From positions 1-64,000 of the IMG/VR virus record IMGVR_UViG_3300030616_000506: a DNA stretch of 64,000 nt; one strand, written 5' to 3'. Position numbers and translations under genes: made by a program. The stretch comes from a virus. Shown here piece by piece: positions 8,351 through 16,818 of this stretch (the first letter of the stretch is position 1; the number at the start of each line of letters is the position of its first letter). The notes under the pieces are model-generated. The model saw only the letters and a program-made list of their open reading frames with translations. It was not told where the DNA came from and searched no databases.

Positions 8351-9786
8351 AGGAAATTACATTAAAGGAACTAGAATTAAAGAAAGACTTAGATAAACAA
8401 TGGGATAAAATTTTTGAGATATTTGGTTCCGCAAAACTTAATGTTACCATAACTGAATTAGAAGATTCAGATGATGATTTAATAATAACACCCTTCGATT
8501 TAAGAGGATCAATTAATATAATAAACAAATCAGAGAACAATAGAATAATAGCGGGTTACGCTAATGTAGCGGTAGTAGATCAAGAAGAACAGTTTATACC
8601 AATAGAAACTTTAAAAAAGGGTATAGAGTGTTTATTAAAGGATCCTCATTATTCAAACTTAATGTTGGTTCACAAAAACATCCAGATAGGAAAAATAATA
8701 CCAAAGTATGAAAAGTTAACCACCCATGTTGATGAAAAGGGTTTATTTATTGTAGCTGAAATCAGAAAGGATATTAAAACAGCTGATGAAGTATGGAAGG
8801 CTATATTAGATAAAGATCTAACGGGATTTTCCATTGGATGTGAAGTAATTAGTTCTCATAAAAAATGTGATGATGACAAGTGTATTACAATACTAGATGA
8901 GATTAACATCTTTGAAGTTTCTGTATGTTCTCAACCCATTAATCAAGAATCAGGATTTATTGTTGTATCAAAATCAAAATTTGAAACATTAGATATTGAA
9001 GATGTATGTAATGAATGTATAAATCAAAAAATAAACATGGCAGAAAATAAAACTAAAACCGAAGAAAAATCAGATGTATCAGAAATAATTGAAGAGAATA
9101 CTAGTGAAGAAAAGGAGACAGAGATAGTCGAGGAGGAGGTAGAAGCTCCAACTGAAGAAGCACCAGTTGAAGATACTCCTACTGAGGAAAAGACAGTTGA
9201 AGAGCGTTTAGCTAATATAGAAAGAATGGTTGCAGCTTTAGAGGAAATATTAAGAGCTAAGGAGGAACCTGAGGAGGAAGCACCTCCAGAAGATATGCCT
9301 CCTGAGGATGAAGAGATTCCACCTGAGGAAGAAGAGGAAATGTCAGAGGAAACTCCAGAAGAGGTACCAGAAGTAGATATGGCCACCTTTATGCTAGAAT
9401 TTATAATGGCTAACCCAAAGGCATCAGCTCAAGATATTGCAAAGGCTTGGATAGATAAAAAGAAAGGAAATGAACCTAAAGAGGAGGAACAAGAACTTTC
9501 TGAGGAATCTACCACAAAAAAATCATTCAGTGAAATATTAGATAAATTATCTTGTATAGCAGATAAACTATCAGAGAAAGAAAAAATGGAAGAAATTAAA
9601 TTATCCATTAAGGCTAGAGATGATCAGATTGATGCTCTAAATAAAAAAATAGAGATATTAACAAAATCTGAAGATACTGAAGAAAAAGGTGAGCCAAAAA
9701 CTGTTCAAGATGAATCAAACAATACACCTCTTGAAAAGGATAATCCTATTAGAGTTGAAAGAGGAATCGTTTACTACAAAGAATAA
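8347..9786 (+). CDS. HK97-family prohead protease fused to an acidic scaffold domain
   Basis: IIAGYANVAVVD, LMLVH, LTGFSIG and IFEVSVCSQP; Glu/Pro-rich coiled-coil C-terminal half. Confidence 0.85.
   Translation: MKEITLKELELKKDLDKQWDKIFEIFGSAKLNVTITELEDSDDDLIITPFDLRGSINIINKSENNRIIAGYANVAVVDQEEQFIPIETLKKGIECLLKDPHYSNLMLVHKNIQIGKIIPKYEKLTTHVDEKGLFIVAEIRKDIKTADEVWKAILDKDLTGFSIGCEVISSHKKCDDDKCITILDEINIFEVSVCSQPINQESGFIVVSKSKFETLDIEDVCNECINQKINMAENKTKTEEKSDVSEIIEENTSEEKETEIVEEEVEAPTEEAPVEDTPTEEKTVEERLANIERMVAALEEILRAKEEPEEEAPPEDMPPEDEEIPPEEEEEMSEETPEEVPEVDMATFMLEFIMANPKASAQDIAKAWIDKKKGNEPKEEEQELSEESTTKKSFSEILDKLSCIADKLSEKEKMEEIKLSIKARDDQIDALNKKIEILTKSEDTEEKGEPKTVQDESNNTPLEKDNPIRVERGIVYYKE
9037..9786 (+). 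CDS. Putative nested in-frame scaffold protein (internal start MAENK)
   Basis: In-frame ATG at the protease/acidic-domain boundary, preceded by the same ATGT-rich motif seen in intergenic regions. Confidence 0.5.
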   Translation: MAENKTKTEEKSDVSEIIEENTSEEKETEIVEEEVEAPTEEAPVEDTPTEEKTVEERLANIERMVAALEEILRAKEEPEEEAPPEDMPPEDEEIPPEEEEEMSEETPEEVPEVDMATFMLEFIMANPKASAQDIAKAWIDKKKGNEPKEEEQELSEESTTKKSFSEILDKLSCIADKLSEKEKMEEIKLSIKARDDQIDALNKKIEILTKSEDTEEKGEPKTVQDESNNTPLEKDNPIRVERGIVYYKE

Positions 9787-9833
9787 TGTTCAATGTGTAT
9801 TAAATCATGTTAAAATAAATAGGAAGATGAAAA

Positions 9834-10232
9834 ATGACATTCACATCGCCAACTGAAGACATAATCGTACAAGAAGGAACATTCGCTTTTGATTATCTTT
9901 GCTCAGGAGCAGTATCAGCAGGTCAAGGAGTAACAGCTATAGGTACTATGGCTGTAGAAGCACCAACTACAACTGGTGTAGACTTTGCAGCAAAGTGTGT
10001 TGGAGTTGCAGCTTACGATCAAACTCATGGAAATCACATAGCAGTTTACGGACCAGGAAATATAGTTAGAGTTATAGTTTCTGGAACTTCAGTAGCTGTT
10101 GGAGATAATCTAAAATTAGTTGAAGAAGGTAAATTCAGAGAATTTGCTTGTGCTAACGCTTCAGGAGTAACTGCAATTGCTTTAGAAACTCAAGGAACAG
10201 CTAATGGTACAGTAAAAGTATTATTAGTTTAA
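9834..10232 (+). CDS. Capsid cement/decoration protein (DUF2190-like)
   Basis: Directly upstream of MCP; small beta-rich protein with CVGVAAYD, VAVGD and AIALE...VKVLL. Confidence 0.7.
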   Translation: MTFTSPTEDIIVQEGTFAFDYLCSGAVSAGQGVTAIGTMAVEAPTTTGVDFAAKCVGVAAYDQTHGNHIAVYGPGNIVRVIVSGTSVAVGDNLKLVEEGKFREFACANASGVTAIALETQGTANGTVKVLLV

Positions 10233-10307
10233 GATAAAAAAAAAAATGGTATTATGTTTATTTTGTATTTTTTAATGTTATAATGTAATAATAAATAGTG
10301 AGAAAAC

Positions 10308-11282
10308 ATGAGCAAATTAACAAAACTTCTAGAATTTGGTTTTGCAGGAAACAATGAGAGATCAAGAATGCTCAATAAAGAGTCATTCAAAAATATAGTT
10401 GGAAAGGATACTCACTCTCTCTTACAATCTGAGAGAACAGCTATTTCTGATTCCACTTTAGTACAAGAAGAAGTCTATAAAACAGTTATAGAGGGTACAG
10501 AACCAGCCAGATGCATGAGAGAAGTAGTACCTATAATAAATACTAACTCTTATTCAGTTAGATTTGTAAAGGGAGAGGCAGGAACTTATGCAAATAAGGT
10601 AGCAGAGGGAGCCAAAATCGAAATTGATACACAAGAATATACAAAACAGGATATTACAATCGACAAATATGGAGTACGCCCATTGATTACAAATGAGTTA
10701 ATTGAAGATGCTTTATTTGACGTTGTAGAACTGGAACTTAAGAAAGCTGGTGCAAGAATGGAAAATGCTCTAAATAGAGCAGTTCTATATGAAATGGTAC
10801 AAGGTACATATAAATTCGATGCAAACACCGTTAATCCAGCTGGAACCCATATAGCTATCAGTGATATAGCTCAATTAATTGGAAAAATCAAAAAGGATAA
10901 CTATATCCCAGATACTTTGATTCTACATCCTACAGCTGAAGCATACTTACTTCAAGACTCTAATCTAGCATATGTATCATATGCAGGAAGTCCAGGAGCA
11001 TTAAGACAAGGAGATATTGGTGGAACCATAATGGGTCTAAAGCCATATGTTTGTACTACAACGGATGCATCATCTCCAACATGGGATGATACCACAGTTG
11101 CTTCAGATATCACTGCATTAGTATTTTCAAAGAATGATGCTGCAGCGATTTGTATGAGAAGAGACCTAACTATAGAGCAATATGATGATCCAATTCATGA
11201 TCTTATTGGAATTTCACTTACAATGAGATTTGGAACTGGTGTACTACAAGAAAATGCTGGTGGATCTATCTATCATAAATAG
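10308..11282 (+). CDS. Major capsid protein (HK97 fold)
   Basis: VAEGAKI, KYGVRPLITNELIEDALFDVVE, PDTLILHP and TMRFG; position in the head module. Confidence 0.93.
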   Translation: MSKLTKLLEFGFAGNNERSRMLNKESFKNIVGKDTHSLLQSERTAISDSTLVQEEVYKTVIEGTEPARCMREVVPIINTNSYSVRFVKGEAGTYANKVAEGAKIEIDTQEYTKQDITIDKYGVRPLITNELIEDALFDVVELELKKAGARMENALNRAVLYEMVQGTYKFDANTVNPAGTHIAISDIAQLIGKIKKDNYIPDTLILHPTAEAYLLQDSNLAYVSYAGSPGALRQGDIGGTIMGLKPYVCTTTDASSPTWDDTTVASDITALVFSKNDAAAICMRRDLTIEQYDDPIHDLIGISLTMRFGTGVLQENAGGSIYHK

Positions 11283-11283
11283 T

Positions 11284-11312
11284 TATAGATAACAATTATT
11301 GTTATATCTATA
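11284..11312 (+). terminator. AT-rich inverted repeat just after the MCP stop (terminator or transcript-stabilising hairpin)
   Basis: TATAGAT-AACAAT-T-ATTGTT-(AT)-ATCTATA, followed by T-rich sequence. Confidence 0.4.
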
Positions 11313-11364
11313 TGTATTATGTTTCTTTATTTATGTTTAATGTAATAAATAGTTGGAATTAATT

Positions 11365-11622
11365 ATGGCAGGATCAAAAATTCCAGTATTAGAATGTGAA
11401 AAACTGACCTTCTCAGATGATGGAAGAGGACTTAATGTCTATTGGGATGGCACTAACTTTTGGTCTGGTGCAGCAACAAGTCATGTAGCAAGTCCTCAAG
11501 CATCAGGAGTTGCGGTATTACCTTTACCAAGTACAAGTGGATGGTTAAGAGTACAAGCAATGTCAGGATCAACTGGATCAATTCAAACTGGATATATACC
11601 GGTATTTAAGAACTGGTGGTAA
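11365..11622 (+). CDS. Small virion protein (head fibre/decoration-like)
   Basis: Likely start MAGSK. C-terminal GWLRV...YIPVF motif; located after MCP. Confidence 0.5.
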   Translation: MAGSKIPVLECEKLTFSDDGRGLNVYWDGTNFWSGAATSHVASPQASGVAVLPLPSTSGWLRVQAMSGSTGSIQTGYIPVFKNWW

Positions 11623-11638
11623 ATTATAGAGATTTTAA

Positions 11639-11908
11639 ATGTTACATGGAAAAGGTAGAGGAAATTACGGCCCAAATGATCAATCTTGGATGACAAATTC
11701 CTTTGAGGAAAAACGTAAAAAGGGACTTTTAGATAGAGATAAGTTGACATCCTCTGAAAGAACTAAATATGAAATATCTGGAGCACAAGGAGGAGGTAGA
11801 ACCAATCCAGATACATATGAAATAAAGCAATTTCCTTTTCCAGAAACTGGTAAAAAAACTATAGATATCAGGAAAGTAGACCCAAGAATAGGAGAGCAGA
11901 GTGATTAG
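11639..11908 (+). CDS. Hypothetical protein
   Basis: 89-aa ORF in the operon. Confidence 0.55.
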   Translation: MLHGKGRGNYGPNDQSWMTNSFEEKRKKGLLDRDKLTSSERTKYEISGAQGGGRTNPDTYEIKQFPFPETGKKTIDIRKVDPRIGEQSD

Positions 11909-11910
11909 AT

Positions 11911-12333
11911 ATGAGTGATTATAATCCTAGTTATGTTACAGAAGCGGATGTTCGTGGTTTTTTCACACCACCTCTAGAGTATGATGATATTACAAAAAAT
12001 GAAATATTAAGAAAAATAGAAGCTGTAGAGGATTACGTTAAGGCAGTTTATTTTAATGATACCACAACTACTGCATCTAAAGCTAGAATTCCTTGTTTAC
12101 TCCTAATAGCATCAAAAATAATTCTATCACCTTCTCTAGCTAGAAAATACTATACTCTAAATAGAGAGGTATTAGGTGATTACGAATACGAACTAGCTCA
12201 ACCTATTTCAAGAGGTACTGATATTCAATCATCTCCTCATGTAATATCAAAAACTTGGGAAACTATGGCTATCGAGATGTTAGAGAAACGTACTAATTTA
12301 AGTAAGTATACATTATATAAAGTAAATGACTAA
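11911..12333 (+). CDS. Head-tail adaptor (gp15/gp6-like)
   Basis: YVTEADVR start and E.LGDYEY motif; position in the neck module. Confidence 0.7.
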   Translation: MSDYNPSYVTEADVRGFFTPPLEYDDITKNEILRKIEAVEDYVKAVYFNDTTTTASKARIPCLLLIASKIILSPSLARKYYTLNREVLGDYEYELAQPISRGTDIQSSPHVISKTWETMAIEMLEKRTNLSKYTLYKVND

Positions 12334-12581
12334 TGTCATATCAGAATCAAAGTATATCTAATAGGAAGAGATATTATATATTTAAACAATATGGATATAT
12401 TTGTCAACTCTGTGGTAGATATAGCAAGGGAAATTTACATCTACATCATATAACACCAGTATCATGCGGTGGATCCGATGAAGAGAATAACCTTATACCT
12501 CTTTGTAATAGTTGTCACAGATTTGTTCACATGGGTGGATATGAAGGTCCATTATTGAGATTAAGGAGAAAGAGATATTAA
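12333..12581 (+). CDS. Small HNH endonuclease
   Basis: CQLCG...LHLHHITP...GG...NLIPLCNSCH. Confidence 0.88.
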   Translation: MSYQNQSISNRKRYYIFKQYGYICQLCGRYSKGNLHLHHITPVSCGGSDEENNLIPLCNSCHRFVHMGGYEGPLLRLRRKRY

Positions 12582-12901
12582 TGTCATATGAAGGTCTACT
12601 AAACAATTCAATATATTTAAGAACTAAATACTCATCTCAAAATGTTTTGGGAGAGTGGACATTCTCTTATTCATCAGCATCCAATTCTACTAAATGTAGA
12701 TTATCACCTCTTTCTGCATCAGAAAGAATAGATAAAACTGGATTATATGATGATGTTAGATACAAGTGTTTCTGCTTATCAAGTTCATCCATAGATAGAG
12801 ATAATCAAGTTGTATATAGAAACAAGAATTATAGAGTGAAGGAAGTAATTATAGATAGTAGTCATCACCACAAAACTGCTTTATTAAAGGAGATAACATG
12901 A
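12581..12901 (+). CDS. Head closure/stopper protein
   Basis: Position and size; NVLGEW, KCRL and YRVKEV..HH motifs. Confidence 0.7.
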   Translation: MSYEGLLNNSIYLRTKYSSQNVLGEWTFSYSSASNSTKCRLSPLSASERIDKTGLYDDVRYKCFCLSSSSIDRDNQVVYRNKNYRVKEVIIDSSHHHKTALLKEIT

Positions 12902-13422
12902 TAAAAATAACACAGATAAGAGGAAAGAAGAGAATAGATAGTAATATAGATACTGCTAAAAATATAATATCTTCAAAAACCTATAAATTATTAGGAACTG
13001 GAGCTAGAATATTAAGGGATGCAGCTATAAATCAATTATTATCTAGAGCTACAATGGCAGGACAATCAGGTGAAGATTCTATTACATTAGAATCCAATTG
13101 GAAAGTAATTCCAGAATCTAATTTGAAGGTAAGATTAGACTGTAATTCTCCTCACGCAGCAGCAGTTGAGTTAGGAACATTTGGTAGCGGTAAGTTAGGA
13201 GCTAATAGTAAATTTTGGGCATCTCAATTGACACAAAATAAGGTAGGATTTGCAGTGGGTGCTCAACAAGGTAAACCTCCTCACTGGTCTCGTACTATAA
13301 GTCCACAAATAGGTTATCACTATTTACAAACGGTTATGTACAATGAATCCATAAAGGCACAAATAACAAATGATATGCAGAGACAATTAGATAAACTTGT
13401 TAATTCTATAAAATTGCGTTAG
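12898..13422 (+). CDS. HK97 gp10-like neck/tail-completion protein
   Basis: PHAAAVELGT (YA.xVEFGT-like) motif; position. Confidence 0.65.
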   Translation: MIKITQIRGKKRIDSNIDTAKNIISSKTYKLLGTGARILRDAAINQLLSRATMAGQSGEDSITLESNWKVIPESNLKVRLDCNSPHAAAVELGTFGSGKLGANSKFWASQLTQNKVGFAVGAQQGKPPHWSRTISPQIGYHYLQTVMYNESIKAQITNDMQRQLDKLVNSIKLR

Positions 13423-13431
13423 AGAAATAAT

Positions 13432-13830
13432 ATGAGCTTAGAAACTATAAGACAGATAAGAGGTTATATGGTGAGCTCATCTGATATAACTTCTATAGTT
13501 GGAGCAAACGATATAAGAGTAGGTTGGTTAAAGACTAAGGATCAATTTCCTTGTATAACTATAAATCAAGTAGCTGGTTCAGATATAGGTTATTTAGGTT
13601 ATAATACATCAGCAGCAGGCTCTCAGATGAGAAAGGAAACCACTATATATCAAGTGGATATATTTTCTAAAACCAGTAGATTACAAACTCTACAAATAGC
13701 AGATTTGATTGTTCCCAGAATGATATCAGGAGGATGCAGAAAGGAATCTGATATTGAAGATTATAATGATGAATTAGGTATATATAGAAAAATACAGACC
13801 TATAGTAAAATTCATCACTTTGATGATTAA
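13432..13830 (+). CDS. Tail terminator protein
   Basis: FPCITI and YQVDIFS motifs; precedes the tail tube genes. Confidence 0.7.
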   Translation: MSLETIRQIRGYMVSSSDITSIVGANDIRVGWLKTKDQFPCITINQVAGSDIGYLGYNTSAAGSQMRKETTIYQVDIFSKTSRLQTLQIADLIVPRMISGGCRKESDIEDYNDELGIYRKIQTYSKIHHFDD

Positions 13831-13903
13831 TGTTAATTAAGTGTTTAAGAAATGTTATTATTAAATTGTAAGTTTAAAATGTATAAAGATAGGTAGATAA
13901 GTT

Positions 13904-14383
13904 ATGGCAGGAACAGTAACAGGTAAGAATGCAAGAGTATGGTTTGCTGCACATGCAGCTGGAAGTGCTCCAACATTTACCAGTAAGAGTCATTCAACAT
14001 GGGGTCTAGGAGATTTCTCTCTAACTCTAGATAGAGGAACAGTAGAACAAGATTTAATAGGAGAAGATGGAAACTACTTCGATCAGGGTACAATATCAAT
14101 TGAAGGCTCAGTAACAGCAGCTAAATTTGCTACAAGCGGTTTATCAGATTTAATAGATAATATGTTCGATACAAAGGGTGGAACCTATAAATACCTAGCC
14201 GTATCGGGTACAATATCAACAGATACTGATGCTACATATATAAGTTGGTATTTAGCGTCTTGTCAAGTTACCGGTTATGATATTTCTATAGGAGATGCAG
14301 ATACAATCACGGAAGCAAGTATAGACTTCATAATGCTTAATCCACAAGATCTAACCTATATAGGTAATACCTTAGAGGGATAA
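13904..14383 (+). CDS. Tail tube protein, type A copy 1
   Basis: Position; beta-rich DFSLT...EGS.T...CQVTG.D; paralogous to the next three ORFs. Confidence 0.7.
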   Translation: MAGTVTGKNARVWFAAHAAGSAPTFTSKSHSTWGLGDFSLTLDRGTVEQDLIGEDGNYFDQGTISIEGSVTAAKFATSGLSDLIDNMFDTKGGTYKYLAVSGTISTDTDATYISWYLASCQVTGYDISIGDADTITEASIDFIMLNPQDLTYIGNTLEG

Positions 14384-14384
14384 A

Positions 14385-14849
14385 ATGGCAGGAACAGCAA
14401 CAGTATATACGGGTGAAGATGCACAGGTTACTATAACTACAAATGGAAAAACAGCTCTAACTCATACAACTTTAGCTATATCAGATTTCTCTTTAACCTT
14501 TAGTAAAGGAACTGCAGAACAGGAATTAGTTGGTGAAAAAGGTAATTTCATGATAGCAGGTTCTTTATCAGCTGAAGGGTCTCTTACAGCTTGTAAATTA
14601 CATAACACGGCTGTGGGATATCTCGTATCAGATATGGTTAATGGATTATCTATACAGGTATCAGGAAATTGTGGAGCAGAAAGTTTGCACTTCTATTTAA
14701 GAAGTTGTCAAATAACTGGATTTGATTTCAGCATAGGAACAGCAGATGAAATCACTGAAGGATCAATAGATTTCGTATCCTTATATCCATACAAATTATC
14801 AGCTCAACGTCAAGGTCTAGGTTATACCTATATTAATGATACTTATTAG
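14385..14849 (+). CDS. Tail tube protein, type B copy 1
   Basis: LAISDFSLT..KGTAEQEL.GEKGNFMIAG motif shared with 15363..15806. Confidence 0.7.
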   Translation: MAGTATVYTGEDAQVTITTNGKTALTHTTLAISDFSLTFSKGTAEQELVGEKGNFMIAGSLSAEGSLTACKLHNTAVGYLVSDMVNGLSIQVSGNCGAESLHFYLRSCQITGFDFSIGTADEITEGSIDFVSLYPYKLSAQRQGLGYTYINDTY

Positions 14850-14861
14850 AGGTGAATAATT

Positions 14862-15356
14862 ATGGCAGGAACAGTAACAGGAAAAAATGCTAGAATTTGG
14901 TTGGTTGCTCATTCAGGTGGTACTTGGAATAGAGATACTTTCTCTAGTGATAAGAGTCACTCAACATGGGGTATGGGAGACTTTTCTTTAACTATTGATA
15001 GAGGAACGGTAGAGCAAGATCTTATGGGAGAAAGAGGTAACTACTTTAAACAAGGTACAATCTCAGTAGAAGGATCTTTAACTGCAGCTAAGTTTGCTAC
15101 ACCGGGATATTCAGATATTCTATATAATATGGCTCATTTTGATGAAGACAAATATAAATATCTTGCGATATCTGGTAGTATTTCAACTGATTCAGATGCA
15201 TGCTACTTCAAGTGGTGTTTGGCTAGCTGTCAGGTAACTGGATTCGATTTTTCATTAGGTGATGCAGATACTATAACGGAAGCGAGTGTTGATTTTGTAA
15301 TGCTAAATCCACAAGACTTAACTTATATAACTGCTGTCAGTGGAGTACAGGGGTGA
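14862..15356 (+). CDS. Tail tube protein, type A copy 2
   Basis: MAGTVTGKNAR and KSHSTWG motifs shared with 13904..14383. Confidence 0.7.
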   Translation: MAGTVTGKNARIWLVAHSGGTWNRDTFSSDKSHSTWGMGDFSLTIDRGTVEQDLMGERGNYFKQGTISVEGSLTAAKFATPGYSDILYNMAHFDEDKYKYLAISGSISTDSDACYFKWCLASCQVTGFDFSLGDADTITEASVDFVMLNPQDLTYITAVSGVQG

Positions 15357-15362
15357 TTAAAT

Positions 15363-15806
15363 ATGGCAACACCAACAATATATAAGGGTGATGATGCTAC
15401 AATCTATATTAGTGGATTAAAACATACAGTCCTTGCAATATCTGATTTTTCATTGACCCTAGGAAAGGGTACAGCGGAACAGGAGTTAATAGGTGAAAAG
15501 GGTAATTTCATGATAGCAGGAGCTATGTCAGCTGAAGGATCCCTAACTGCATGTAAATTACATGCATCAGCGGTATCTAAGTTAGTACAAAATATGATAG
15601 GTCAAGGAATCATAAGGGTATCTGGAAATTGTGGTGCTAATTCACTATACTTTAATCTAGCTAGTTGTCAAGTAACTGGTTTTGACTTTAGTATAGGAAC
15701 AGCAGATGAAATTACAGAGGGTACAATAGATTTTACATCGCTAATTCCATATAGAATAGAAGTATCATCAAGTTCGACTCAGACATTTTTATCAGATTGC
15801 ATGTAG
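15363..15806 (+). CDS. Tail tube protein, type B copy 2
   Basis: SAEGSLTACKLH and GTADEITEG motifs shared with 14385..14849. Confidence 0.7.
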   Translation: MATPTIYKGDDATIYISGLKHTVLAISDFSLTLGKGTAEQELIGEKGNFMIAGAMSAEGSLTACKLHASAVSKLVQNMIGQGIIRVSGNCGANSLYFNLASCQVTGFDFSIGTADEITEGTIDFTSLIPYRIEVSSSSTQTFLSDCM

Positions 15807-15866
15807 ATCTAAATCAAACAAATATGTTTTCATGTTCTTTAATTCAAATTACGGAGGAAATTCAAT

Positions 15867-16355
15867 TTGGCTGAAGAAACTAAGAAAAAAGATTCTAGTC
15901 CACCAGAGAGCTTTGATGAGCTCAAAAATAAAATAAATAAGAAAAAGAATGTGGACACTAAATCAGTTATAAAACAAATAGCTACAAGAGATAAATTAGA
16001 AAGGGATTATAAAGAAGACCTATTGGAAGTCTCTTTCTACTCTTCACCAGAAACAAAGAGAATGATAAAATCTAGAAGGCCTACTCAAGTAGAGATGATG
16101 ACCATCATGAGATTATCAGCAGAAGCAGCTATTTATGAAGGTAGAATGGATACCAAATCATTACAAAAAATGGTTGATATATACGATAAACTACCGGAAT
16201 TAGCAGCAAAACTCAGTGTTGATACTAAATTAGATGAGGAATTCTGGAAGGAGAAGATATCCTTTGCAACTCTACAGAATTTTATAACTGAATTAATTAA
16301 AGAAACCCAAAAAGGTACAGGATTAACTGAAGAAGAGATGCAGACCTTTCGTTAA
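15867..16355 (+). CDS. Tail assembly chaperone (gpG-like)
   Basis: Follows the tube genes; GGAGG SD with TTG start; ends ACC TTT CGT TAA. Confidence 0.75.
   Translation: MAEETKKKDSSPPESFDELKNKINKKKNVDTKSVIKQIATRDKLERDYKEDLLEVSFYSSPETKRMIKSRRPTQVEMMTIMRLSAEAAIYEGRMDTKSLQKMVDIYDKLPELAAKLSVDTKLDEEFWKEKISFATLQNFITELIKETQKGTGLTEEEMQTFR
16344..16355 (+). other. Programmed +1 ribosomal frameshift site ACC-TTT-CGT-TAA
   Basis: Slippage from TTT to TTC opens a 70-codon frame that has no ATG of its own. Confidence 0.75.
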
Positions 16356-16560
16356 AAGCGGGTTAGGCCAGCTTGAAGCAAGGGTTTGTGAATTTCTACA
16401 TGTAACTCCTAAACAACTAGGTAAACTAAGAGAAGAAGATCCAGCGGGTGTATCCTTTCTTGAGAGACACATCATCTGGAAAGCTGAACAAGAACATAAA
16501 GCTTATGAAGATGCTAAGAAGAAATCTAAATCTAGCAAGGGAAAAACTAGGAGAAGATAA
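16348..16560 (+). CDS. Frameshift extension of the tail chaperone (gpGT-like)
   Basis: FVKSGLGQLEARVCEFLHVTPKQLGKL...KTRRR* in the +1 frame. Confidence 0.7.
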   Translation, partial: FVKSGLGQLEARVCEFLHVTPKQLGKLREEDPAGVSFLERHIIWKAEQEHKAYEDAKKKSKSSKGKTRRR

Positions 16561-16818
16561 ATCTCAATATGTATGTTTAAATATTATGTTTTAAAATTAA
16601 TAATGACACATCCCAAAGCATTTGAACTATTTTAATACTATTCGTCGCTTGGGATTTAGCATTCTTAATTTTTATGTTATTTTTGTTAAAGTATATTATA
16701 TTAAATTAATTTAAATTAGGATTATAAAATTATGTCATGGATAGATACTAAATCCACAGATGATGGTAAAATATGTGTTATGGGTAATGGTAAAATAACT
16801 ATATATTAAGAATAAATA

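Noticed and set aside
8328-10828. Minus-strand ORFs 8328..8540, 9024..9386 and 10586..10828
   Set aside because: Antisense to protease/scaffold and MCP; the Ser-rich content mirrors GAA/GAG codons.
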